Origin: Squalus acanthias
Taxonomy: Eukaryota
NCBI GenBank assembly: GCA_030390025.1
Contig: CM059432.1
Location: forward strand, 55,368,001 to 55,432,000
DNA length: 64,000 nucleotides
Direction: 5' to 3'
Shown: positions 25,951-38,700 of the stretch, in pieces
How positions within the stretch are numbered: the stretch's first letter is position 1
Layout: the number at the start of each line of letters is the position of its first letter
Notes under the pieces: model-generated
Told to the model about the DNA's origin: nothing
The model's database searches: none
What the model saw: the letters and a program-made list of their open reading frames with translations, nothing else
Position numbers and translations under genes: made by a program

Positions 25951-26056
25951 GTTCTGATGAAAGGCTCGTGGACCTGTAAGGTTAACTCCGTTCCTCTCTT
26001 CACAGAAGCTGCCTGACCTGCTGAGCACTGCCAGCATTTTCTGGTTTTTATTTCAA
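25951..26056 (+). mobile_element. Penelope-derived short repeat with a degenerate hammerhead motif
   Basis: Homologous to 61666-61790; GUU-CUGAUGA...GUAAG-GUU-AAC (GAAAC mutated). Confidence 0.65.
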
Positions 26057-26109
26057 TACTTTCTGGAACTCCTCTTGTGGTTCTGCTTTTTTTGCACGCT
26101 TCATTTCCC

Positions 26110-26770
26110 TTTCCCTGCGCAGCGTGTTACCATCTGCTCCTGGCACGTGCCGCCGCTTCGCAGGTCCCGGGCTCCCGCGAGCCCCTGGCATCACGTGCTT
26201 GAAAGTCGCCCATGCGCAGCTTGGCAAAACCCGGCCGGGGGGTGGTGGAGCGGGGCATGCGCGTCAGGGAACTGGTGCCGGTGCGCAGGCCGGCGTCATG
26301 TCTTCCACAGAAAATCAGTGCGGCCCGGAGCTGAAAGTCGGGGGTCATGTGTCAGCCCCCGCCGGCAGGGATGTGACAGGTTGATACTTAAAGAGAAACA
26401 CAAAAAAAAATAGTTCGACGCCGTGTGTACAGTTTTGCTTTGCATCATCATTGAGAAATGGCAGCGCAGAAACGGAAAGCGGCCCCGAGCCCGGCGAGCG
26501 GGTGAGTGACCGTCAGAGCATCTCTTCGGGCGGCCCGGGAACAAAGCGAGAGCCTGGGCCCAGTGCCCAGAGCCAGACCCAGACCGGGTGGCAGTTTGCT
26601 GCTCGGTGCTCGGCCTTTCGTCCGCTCCCAACTCAATGGGTGAAAGGGCCTCTTCTTGCAGCAACTGGTGTTGACGCGAATCGGCGGCGGGTGTTTCTGT
26701 CCATCCGATGAGAGGCTGGGAACGGCCACCGCCATGTTGCAGTCAATTTCCGCTTCCGTCCCCACTGTTT
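26110..26770. promoter_or_regulatory. CpG-island promoter of ESCO1
   Basis: GC/CpG-rich non-repeat block around the ATG exon; two CACGTG E-boxes (~26144, ~26192), NRF1-like CATGCGCA/GCATGCGC (~26211, ~26256), YY1-like and tandem ETS motifs at 26728-26760 on the minus strand. Confidence 0.8.
26458..26501 (+). CDS. ESCO1: ESCO1 coding exon 1 ([15 protein letters not shown])
   Basis: ATG in GAAATGG context within the CpG island; donor GG|GTGAGT at 26502; phase 2 joins in frame to the acceptor at 29051. Confidence 0.8.
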
Positions 26771-29700
26771 ATTTAACCCACAGCATCACCTTTCTGTTAG
26801 CTCGGCATCGCTGCTTTACAATTAATTGCATCGTATGATGTGAACAAAAGTCTTATTTGTAACCCAGAAGAGATTTTTGTCTTCCGATTGCACAACGCAA
26901 TTTTTTTTGGGTGTGAGTGCGGGTGAAAGATGTGGTTGCTATGAGTTATATCATTACCATCTCTATCCAATTGTCTTGTTAAAATGTCCTACACACATTT
27001 AATAGACAACTTTATGAGCATCGCGTTACTTTAAGAAACACTGTGTGGTATTTGGACTGCACATTAAGAAGGCGACTCATTTAAAATTTCAACTGATTTG
27101 ATAATTTGTCCCATTCATGATCGTGTGTTAAAATTTTGCACAAACATTAGCCTCTTGCATCTCTGTTAATTATAGAAATATGTGTGTGCAAACACATGGG
27201 CAGACAATTCACTAGTTCCCCATCCAGAACTGGAAATTGCTTATGTATTCACATGCAACTTCATGCAGGCGACTCGTATCCCTTCACTTAGGGTTTCGCC
27301 GTGGTAGTACTATTTTCACTTTCGTAACCTGTCAATATCTGAAATTGTCTCGAGTGCAATTCAGCTGCAGTAACATTCAGCAGTCCAAATAGAGTTTAAA
27401 AAGTGTAAGGGCTGCTTACTGGGAGAGCACTACGATGATATGCATTCAGCTCTGAATTGGGGAATCGTAGACTCCTGGTCCACGATTACCCTGCATTCTT
27501 TTGTGCCAAACTGCTGAGAAAATGAGTGATCAGCAGGGCAGTTATTGTAGATTTGGAAAGTGAAATAATCTGTTTGCCAGCTTGGATGTGAAGTAAGGTG
27601 GCTGCTGAGATGTTTGTTTAAAGATGATCAATAGATTGCCTTGCACTGTAGTCCGCCGAACAAAACAAACCAAAGATACTAAACACTAATTATAAAACAG
27701 GAACTCTAGACAGGAAATTAAAAACATAAGATATTTACTTTATTCTTTGTCATCCTGCTTATGTTTTTATTTTGAAGTCTTATTCCTTTTTTCTAATGAT
27801 TTGAAATAGCTAAGGGATTTCGCCCCCTCTAGTGGCTTGGTAGGGGCAGTGCGGTTCTGAGTCACAGACCATGAAGCTTGCCAGTTTTGCCTTATGTGCT
27901 GAGTTAGCTGATCTCTGCTGATGTGCCAGTAGTGTACTACAATTGGCCTCTTGTGATCCTGGGTTAAAGAAGAAATAATTGGCCCAAGGTTCAATTTGTG
28001 ATTTAATATTCAGTAGTGGAAAGTGTGTATGTGTGGATGCCAAGTAACAACAGTATAGGGGCTCAAGAGATGCCCCACATATTAAAATAGTTGGCTGATG
28101 CTTGTAACTTGCTTGCGCAAAAATAATAGCTATTTGGTTGAAATAGCCGACTGCCAGTGTAAGTGCGATCATGCCCCATGAGGCATAACCTTCAGGAAAG
28201 GAGGGGAGAAATTTGGGGTGGAAAAGTTGATCTAGCTCTTCAATCATTATAATTTGAATGATAATGCAACATGCCAACTTGGGAGGGATGATTAACTTAT
28301 AAAGATTTAAAAATAATTTACTATGCATTGCTAGTGTGAGATCACGCCTTGTCCTTTGGTGCCAAACTTCTGAATTGTGTGATATTAGACTGAATATTTG
28401 CCATTGGCTTAGTCCAAAATGTGCAACATAAATGCCAAATTTAGGTATAATTTGTGCATTATATAACCAAGGTCTTTTATCATTGTGAATGAATTGTACA
28501 TCTCATGTTTTCTTTTTAATGTATTGCTATTTTTATTGTTGTGATCTAATTGAAGATTTCTAACATTAAACTAATAAATCCTTTCACTCTTGACTTGTTG
28601 AACAATTAAAGGATCTTTATTAGTATTCTTTAAGTTGGTCCACTTCTAGATGTCTCATGTTTGTGCAGTGAATCCTCCACATGCAAAGTTTTTGTTCTTA
28701 AATTATACCATTGTAGGCAAGTGTGTTCCCACGATACACTGCACAATTTCAAAGAAGTAGAGGTGTTGGTAGTAAGTAACCAGCTCATCATCTTGATGGA
28801 AGCAAATTGAAAGGGAGGAGATAAAATGTTTCTGCCTTTCTTCCCCACCCCCACAACTCCCCTAAAAATAATGTTCTGTAGCAGGCTGATTGTTCTATGG
28901 AAGATGATTATCTCTGGAGTCTTAAGTAACCATTGAGTACTATTTTACTTCGCAAATGATTAAATGTGTTCTTCAATTTTATTTTTCACTAGCATGAATT
29001 AATCATTGAAAATACCACTGCTATAGAATAAATCATAATTTATTTAATAGGTCACCCCGGCAAAAAAGTGGCTCAACAAGAGGTGGACCTTCAACCAAAA
29101 AGCAACGTTTGGAGGAAAGGACAACATCGTCTCAACTTAGAAGGTTTGCAAAGCAGTCCACTGCTCAACCACGTCGGGTATCCATTAAAAAAGCTTCAAA
29201 ATTGCTTCGAACAACTGTTAAAGCGAACAGATTATCAGCAAAAACAACTACAAAGCTAACGAGGAAAGAAACAAAGATGATCATTAAAAAAAATGAAAGA
29301 ATGGCTCCTTTGAAGAAGAAATCTACTAAACCTTTACTTAAAAAAAGTGCATTACTGAAATCTTCCCATCAGAAGAAAACTGTAGTTCCTCCAGTATCAA
29401 AGAGGAGATCAGGCAAAGTACTAGCTGAAAGGAAAACCACAAAAAAACAGAACCGTGTCCAAACTGTAGGTAAATCAATCCCAATGAAGGTTTCACAGAA
29501 GTTACTTCAGAGTAATAGAACTTCTCAGTCACTACTTGCACAAAAAGATCTACGTATTTCCAAAGAGACCTCCTCTAAAAAGCTTGCTTTAAAAATGTCA
29601 TCAAAAGTTCCACAAAAGACAAGTAAATTGTCATCTAAAAGAAAATCTCTTCAAACTGTGGTAAATTCTTCACATCCGAGTAAGAAAAATGTGAAACTCC

Positions 29701-32700
29701 AACCTAAATCTACCATGAACATATCCAAGATGAAACTTGCAAAGAAAGATGTAAAGTCTCTGTCAGTAACTGCTATGACCTCTAAGAAGCAGCCTGTCAA
29801 AAAAGCAGTTAAGCCTGTGACATGCAAGAGTAGTTGTACTAAACAATTAACCTCACATAAAGGTATTAAAACTGTGGTAAATAAAGTTTCTTCAAAGAAA
29901 ACTCCTGTGAAGACACAGACTAGCACAAAATCTGTAAAGAAGCTTCAACAAACAAAGACAGTGAGGTCAAAGTCATCACTGCATCACCTTACAGGTAAGG
30001 ATAATTTTGAGGCTGATGCTGTAAGACCTCAAACCAGATCTGGTCAAAACCGTTCAAAAGAGAATGTTCAACAGGTAGTAAATTCCAAGTTAAGATCTGT
30101 GACTAAGCAAATACTGAATGAAAGACAGACCAGGTCATCTCCGCGATTGAATCTGAACCCTCTGTTATTGACACAATCCTTCCTTTCCACAGCCAGCAAA
30201 TCTAGTGCAGTTCCCACTCAAAGGAAACTGATAAAAAGGACATTTAGTGATTTATGCCCTAAAAGTCCCAAGAATAGCTTGCCTTTGAAAAAAATAATGG
30301 CAGTAGATAGTAAGCTTGGAAGAACTAAGCTGGAGAAAGTTATAAAAACTCCAAAAGAGAAGGCTTCAAAAGTTGCAGGAATAAAAGTAGATGGTAAACG
30401 TGGGAGAAAAACTTCAGCAAGGAAAGTTACAACTCCCAAAGAAAAAGACTCAAATGTTGCAGAAACAAAGGCATGTGAAAGAAAAACTGAACTGGAGAAA
30501 GCAGAAAATACTCCTACTGATCAGACTTTAATGGCTTCAGAAACTCCACAAGAGAAAACTAAATCCAATAAGCCAGTTCCTCAAGACCATTGTGAAACAA
30601 AAATCGAAAGAGGTGCTTCATGTGCAACATTACAAAGCAATGGGAAAAAATTGGAAGGTCAGGTTCAGAAACTGGCAAAAGCAACAAATTGCAGTGTCAA
30701 AGCTATTAAAGGAAAAAGTGGAGTAAAATCACCTACTGAAAAGAAACAAAATAAAACTGCGAATAATGCTCCACAAAATAAGAAAAAGTTAAATAATTCT
30801 GTGAAAGGACAACTACAAGGTTCAAAACAATCTCAAGAAACTATTCGTAAAGCTAATAAAAATGCAATTTCTAGTCCTAAAACAGCTATGGAAATCCCAT
30901 GTCTGCAAACTGACGATAATGCCAAATGTAAGCGTCAAAGTATTCTTGAGCTGTGTGAAGAAATTGCAGATGAGATAGCTTCTGACACACTTGATCTTGC
31001 AGTGAAAAAGGAGCCTGCAAAGATAGAGGAAAATATCCAAAAAGAACCAGAAGCCATAATGCCTGAAGATGTTGAGAAAACAAAGCGGACAAAGCCAGTT
31101 TATTCCAGCCTAAACAGATTCCACTTTTCAGGACAAAAATGTGTAAAACGTAAATTAATTGAGCATCATAAATATGTAACTACAAGATATACTTTACAAA
31201 AAGGAGGGAACAGTTGGACTAGAATTAGGCAAATTAAAACTGATCAAAAAAAGCTAACTACCATCAATTCTACCCATAATAAGTTTAGAAATTTACAGGT
31301 TAGGCAAGCAGTTTCACAAGTAGTAGTTCAAACAATTAAGAAGGTAGAGAAAGAGAAACTGCCAAATGGGGTGCCTGTACAGATCAAAGAAGAAAATGGC
31401 ATCACATGTGAGCAACATAAATCCCAAATTGCTTTTTCTCAAATGGAAGTTGGAAAAGACACCAATAATGGTCAAAAGACATCTGAAAACCGTACGCCTG
31501 AAGAAATTAAAAAAGTAGTAAAATTATTTGACAGAAAAGAGGATGAGGCACAGATGCCAAAAGTGGAGACTGAATCTGAAGCAGATGAGGTATTTTTGGA
31601 TTTCAATGAAGTATGTACTTTTTTGTTAATTGTTAACGTGGTATGTCAGAGCTTACTAATACTTCGAAATTTTAACGTGGAAACGGGCCGTTCAGCCCAA
31701 CGTCTGATATTTACCTTCCACATGAGCACTAGTTTTTATCCTCTCCTTCAGCCACCTATCTAACCTATTCTTAAATGTTGACACGATATTTGTTTCAATT
31801 ACTACTTGCCTTCTAATATTGGTATCTGCAAATTTGGACAGCACTCTCTTTGGTCCTATATCCAAATCATTGTACACAGTGAACAGAAGCAGTCCCAGAA
31901 CAGAACCCTGTCTGACACCACTACCCACTTCCAGTCACTTTGAGAAACTGCACTTAACTCCTACTCTGTTTCTTCTCTTCTAACTAGTTTTTAATCCAAT
32001 TTTCTTTTCACTAATTGTATACCCTTTAATTTTCTTCTCCAATAATGTTCACTGAGCTACTTTGTCAAAGCCTTTCTGAAAGTCCATGTACACCGCATCC
32101 CTTGCATTTCACGCATCCACCATATCTGTCATCACAAAGAACGCTCAGATTTGTCGAGCATGATCTTCTTTACTCTTGTACGCCGATCTTTTGTAATAAA
32201 GGCTAACCGACCATTTGCTTTCCTAATTGCTTGCTGTACCTGCATGCTAACTTTGTGATTTGTGTACAAGGACACTCGGGTCCCTCTGAATACCAACATT
32301 TCTCAATCTCTAACCATTTAAAAAATATTCTGCTTTTCTATTTTTCCTACCAAAGTGGTTAACTTCACATTTCTCCACATTATATTCCATCTGCCATGTT
32401 CTGTCCACTTGGTTAACCTGTCTATATCTCTTTGCAGCCTACGTAGTTTGCTTTGTTCAGATTTAAGACCCTAGTTTCGGACTTAACTAAATCACTCTCA
32501 AACTTAAAACTCAATATAAAATTCTATCACATTATGATCATTCTTCCCCAGAGGCTCCTTTACTACAAGGTTATTAATTAACCCTGTCTCATTGTACAAT
32601 ACTAGATTTTAAATAACCTGTTCCCTAATTGGTTCCTCGACATACTGATCTAGAAAACTATCTTGAATGTATTCCATTAACTCGTCCTCTGTGCTATTAC

Positions 32701-35700
32701 TGCAAATTTGGTTTGCCCAGTCTATATGAAAATTAAAAGTCCCCCATGATTGCTGTATTACCCTTGTTACATGCACCTCTAATTTCCTGACTTATACTGT
32801 GTTTGACACTAGAATTACTGTTGGGCCTAAAACTACTCCCACCAGTGTTTTCTGCCTCTTGTTTCTTAGCTCCACCCAAAGTGATTCTACATCTTGATTT
32901 TTGGAGCTAAGATCCTTTCTCTCTACTGTCTTTATCCCATCATTTATTTTCAGGGCTACCCCTCCCTCTTTTTCATTTTGCCTATCTCTTCTAAAAGTCA
33001 AATATCCTGGAATATTTAGTTCCCAACCTTGGTCACTCTGCAACCACATCTCCATAATGGCTATTAGATCAAACCCATTTATTTTTATCTGTGCTATTAA
33101 TTCATCATTTTTTTGTGAATGCTTCGCACATTCAGATATAGTGCCTTTAGCTTAAACGGTTTTCTATTTTTCCCTGATGTCACCTTAGTTACTAATGCCT
33201 TGTTACCTTTGTTGAGCTCTCTGTCCCTTCCTGACCCACTCTGCTTATTTTTATCCAAATCGCTCCTCTGCTCTACAGCCTTGACATTTCTCTTACTGCT
33301 TTTGAATTTACCCTTTACTGAATCCTCCCACCCCCCCCCCCTTCATTAATTTAAAGCCTTATCTACTGCCCTAGTTATTCAATTTGAAGGAAGTTGGTTG
33401 TAGTTGCCGAAAGCCAACCATCATCATTGACCATCTCACTGTCATAAATTCATGAGTGAAGCTGGCCACAGTGTTCAACTTCACAACTCCTCTGTTAACG
33501 AAGCAGCCCAGCCCAGCCTACAGCAGGCTGTGGATAACATCCAGGCTTGAGCTGACAAGTAGCAGGTAGCATTCACGCCACATAAGTGCTAGGTAATGAC
33601 CATCTTGAACAAGAGAAAGCCCAGCCCTGGTCCCTTGACCTTTAGCTACACCATCATTTCTCAGCCTCCCACCATCAACATCGAGGGGTTCACCATTGAT
33701 TCCAAAGCTGAACTGTATCACCCACATCAACACTGGCTACAAGAGCAGGTCAGAGCCTGGGTACTCTGAATCGCTCAGCCCCATACCCCTCAAAGCCTCT
33801 CTATCGCTGAGGCTCAAGTCAGGAATTTGATGGAGTACTTGCCATTTGCCTGGATGGTTGCATCTGCAACAACACTCAGCTCAATACCATCCAGGAAAAA
33901 GTAGATTCCTTGTTAGCACCCCTGCCACTGGTCTCGGTGTCCACCCTCTCCATAACCAGTGTATTGTGGCTGCGGTATGTATGAGCCAAAGAATGCAGTG
34001 CAACAACTTGCCACGGTTACTTTGACAGCACCTCCCTCTCCTGTGACCTCTAACACCGAGAAGAAGTGCAGCAATATTGTGGGAACACAATCACCTCCAG
34101 GTTCTGCTGCAAGTTGCACATTGTCCTAACTTGGACATATGTCGCTGTTCCTTCATTTGCTCCCAAACACCATTGTGGGTGCACCATCCACAAGAAATGC
34201 AACGGTTCAAGAAGGCCCACCATCACCTTCTCAAAACTGGAGCTAGGCAATACTGCAAAAACAATTTTTTTTAAAAAATTGATGGGTAAAGGAGATGCTA
34301 GTATTTATATTTAGAGTTCTCCAGAACATTTAGGTTTGTAACTATTTGGATGCTGACCATTTGGATCCTACACTTCTCTTTGTAGTATATTCTTAAAATT
34401 ATGGCGTTTTTACATTATTTTGTTCTATGATGGGAAGGTCAGAAATAAATGATCGTAATGTCAATAAGTTTAGTAGGAGGGGTTACTGCAATTACTTAAC
34501 TAGAGCAACACAATACTGTTCCAAAACAACAAATGTGTACTGCACCCAAGAGACTGCTTGTAAAGAGAAGTATTTTTTAAGTGTATTTTTTTTTCAAACA
34601 AGTAAAGCAAGTTCTCTGCATTTTCAGCTCTTTTCTTTGACTCTTAAATGCCGCACATTAACTGATGTGCGGACTTGCGAATTCCTGTTGACATATTGCT
34701 TTCAATGAGATTTTATTAATCCTGTCTGTTACCTACTGTTTCTTTGAGCATTTCCACAGTGATGAAGCTCTCCCTTGGACTTGGTATCAGTGCTGTTATC
34801 TTTGAGCTTCGGATTTAATTTTCTAGTTCTGTGGATGTTGTATTTCATTAACTCCCTGCACACAAGAAATAGCTTAGAGTCTGCCTTCAAAATGAATTTA
34901 CCTAAAACTTTGAAGGTGTGTAGATATAATTCTGCATTTCAAGTAAAAGTTCAAGCAAATGAATAGTGTGACTGATAGAAATTGCACAGGAGAATGGAAG
35001 GGGAAGGAAAGAAAGGGAATTCAATTGTTTGGTATATTTTGTTGCAGGAATGTTATCCAGAAATCTACAAAGTTTGCAGCATTACCAACCATGCACGATT
35101 TTGATTGTAATTCACTTAGTTAATTGTACAGAATATCCAACATTTCAAAAACTATTTTTATGCTCTCTACCCCAATGGTGGTATGTAGTGTTTTCAGAAT
35201 TTTAAATCAAAAGTTTCAATTTAGAACCTTATTGTGCTGTTTTTTAAATTTGATAATCTGGATGTTAGAAGAAATGGCCATGCCAGCATTGGCAGTAACA
35301 AGGCTGTAGCGGCATTCGTGGTTCACAAGTGCCGAGCAGAGATTTGTAAGTCCACACGCCTGATAGCAACTCTTAACTTTTATCTGTGTAGTTTAGTAGA
35401 GGTTCAAATATTCAGTTTTGTTTCATTATGTCCATTAGGCTGAATTCTAGTGCCTCATTGTCTTGTTTCCCCTCTCTTTCTATATACATGCACACACACA
35501 CAAGGTAGTACAATTTTTATAATCCCTTAATTAAGCTTGTAATCATCCCTAGATATCAAAGTTTAATCAATATAAAGTGAATCGACCACTAACCATTTAC
35601 ATTTTATGCCCATCAAGCTGAGTGTTAGACTTGAGGAATTGAACAGGGGGTACGTGAAATGAAACAATGTAGTATAAGAAGAATAGTGTGATTGTTTACG

Positions 35701-38700
35701 GGTTTATCAATGTAAAGATCATTATTTAAAAGACACCAGATGAATCTTTAACCCCTTCAATATAACTCCTCATCAAAGATATGTCTGGGGATTATTAGGT
35801 GACTGCAATTTAGTTTCTTTGAACTGTCTTAAATTAACAGTTACATAAACTAACCCCCTTTTTAGGACAGCATGGTACAGCGTAAGTTAACCTTTTACTG
35901 AATTATCAACGAGGAACTCAAACCATCATTAACATTCCTTTAACACAACTTAAAATCATAATAACATTAAAGAGTACGCAAGGCATTTAAGTATATTATT
36001 AGCTGACGGAATTAGTACCCCCACAGCGTGAATTCGTTGGTGACTCTGAAAGATCCATGAAACTGCAAAACTCTTTGCACATTCAGTGCATATATATGGT
36101 TGCTCTCAATTTCTTGTTGCTGATATGTCAAGTGAGGCCTAGAGTTGCACCCTATCTCAGTTCAGCTACATGAAAATGGGTCATTATGAAGATCAACCAT
36201 TTTGCAAAGAATACAGTCAGGCACACAGCCCACTAAGTTGAAGGAGTCTGCCGTGGTCACTTGTGCAGCTCCTGCCATTGCTCCTCTGCCTTACCCATGC
36301 CCTTGTAGACTCTGATGCTTGCCTGACTGGAATTTCCCAAGTAGCTTTGTGCCTGGCTGAATGTTTGAAATCGTAGAATCATACAGCACAGAAGGAGGCC
36401 ATTCAGCCCATCATGCCTGTGCCTGGGAAATCTCCCAGGTAGCTTTTTGCACTCAAGGGTGCAACATGAGAACAAACTTAATCCCTGCACGTGACTGGTT
36501 AGCAGTCTACCTAATGGATAAATTTGTTGTGACATATTTTCTACCCTTGATTTTTGTTAGTCAATCAATCATTCTATTTAGCAAATAGATCATGAGAAAA
36601 ATTTAACGATCTATCACTTCCAACAGTATTAGTTTTGTCAGAAACCCACGTCCCAGATGCGTGATAGTGTTAAGATGCATTTCTGTTTATAGCTTGTAAT
36701 GTTGAGATAACTGAGCTAATTGCAAGATCAGCAAGAATATTTAGTGCATCTGTTTCTCCTACATTACCGTTGACACCTTCCGGTAATATTCTATTTAGCG
36801 CACTCAAAGTTTTTTTTTATTATTGCAGGCAGCTAGAGACTTTTAGGAATATGGAAAAAACATCAAGGTCATGAAGTGTTCCTTTTTTATGCATGAACTG
36901 CTCCTGACTACTTATCACCATATAATTTTCTCTGCTCTCAAGAAACTTGGCTAATTGTGTCTTGAACTTTAGATTGTTTGCTTCCGTGGCATTCGTTGAT
37001 AACATATTTGAGGCCTGTGTGAGTGCAGTTGGCAAATTAGTAAGAACAGTTCTGTGTTGAGTCTGAGTCTCATGCAACATCCCCACTGACACCTGGGAAT
37101 CCCTGGCCCAAGACCGCACAAATTGGAGGAGAAGCATCCGGGAAGGCGCCGAACACCTCGAGTCTCTTCGCCGGGAGCAAGTGGAAGCCCAGCGCAAGGA
37201 GCGTACGTCAACCCAAGCACCCACCCACCCGCCCCTTCAACCACCGTCTGCCCCACCTGTGACAGAGACTGTCTGTCCCGCATTGGACTCATCAGTCACC
37301 TGAGAACTCAATTTTAATGTGGAAGCAAGTCATCCTCGGTTGAGAGGGACTGCCTAAGAAGAAGAAGTTGAGTCCACATCCACAAAGAGCTGGATTGAGA
37401 CTGCCATAAATTATTGCAGCTGGTAGAATGAAGGGACTTTCAAATCCAGCCCAGGCTGGATGAACTACAGTCCAAGGCCACTGCACGAATGCGTCCCATT
37501 TCAAAATGTTGCAGTTAGAAGTGCCAACATTCAAAATCTATGTCTCACTTGCATCTGGCTCAGTGTCTTTTTTTTAAATTAACAATCTTAAAGATGACAA
37601 GTTATTCCCCGTTGGTTTCCTGTAACCTCTGTGAGCTGGCTTCTCCCTAAGGGAAGGAGCTAGGATTTAAAAGACAATTGGAGAAACTCCATGTAATAGC
37701 AACTGGCTTCTAATTCACCTTGGGTATGCCTATTTAAATCACTTTACAGAGAACAGTTGAGCAGTGGCCTTAAAGGAAACAGCATAGTTAAACACATCCT
37801 CACCATAGCAGTTAAACCTTGAGTGGGCTCTAGACCACCCATGTGCATTGGCACTGGAGAGCAGCTAGTAATGACGTGTCTCCTTGACTGGCATTATAAG
37901 ACTTCTGCCCTAAATGCCTATTTATACATACTTGATTTTGTGTTGTATATCCTACATTTCTAAAAAGATGCACTGCAGTAAAGCATTACTGAAAGGACAA
38001 ATTTAGATTTGCATAATTGTTTTTATTTTGCTTAATTTGCTATCAGTCCACCTGAAAGAGATTGTGTTTTCTTCAGAGTTTCAGGTTACATTTGGAGTCA
38101 AGTCCTGAATGTAGTCCGGAAAAAAACTGTTTTACAGCATTACCACTGAAACCAATTAAGGAGCAAGTGGAAATTGAGTCAGAAGGTAAAGTAGAAAAAA
38201 TTATGCTCATTGTTGAATACCAAGAAATGTGTAGTTTATGAATCTACGTTCTCGGTTTAAAAAAAAAATTGTTGAATATAAAAGTGACTAGAAAACCCAG
38301 TTCCTATTTTTGTGTGAAAGTAATACATTTTTGGCATAAGAAAACAAATAAAAAATTTTCATTCAGATGCCCAGTATCTACCAGACTCTTAAATTGGGTA
38401 AAGTGCAACGAGATGCAGAGTAATGCCCAATAAGCTCTACCTCAGAAAAGGATCTCCCTACTGCACCAGCGTCACCTTTCCATTTGCCACATCAGCCATA
38501 TCTGAGTGAGCTTGTCAGTTAATCTGCTTGTACTGTAGACCTAACCCCATAGAAACTGGATTGGAACTTGCTAAACTCATTTCACATAGGACCATTTCAG
38601 GCAGCAAAGAATTTTTTTCCCCATCAGAAGGGCTGGATTCAAACTCTGGTCCTAACTGTGCCATCCATATTACACCAATGAGATTTTTCCTGTTAGTGCT

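Noticed and set aside
1480..26100. SNRPD1 or another divergent neighbour gene upstream of ESCO1
   Set aside because: No Sm-D1-like exon or other recognisable host exon found by eye; small exons could have been missed.
29109..31763. 884-aa single-exon gene
   Set aside because: It is ESCO1 exon 2 with read-through into intron 2; the TTG start is not the real start.
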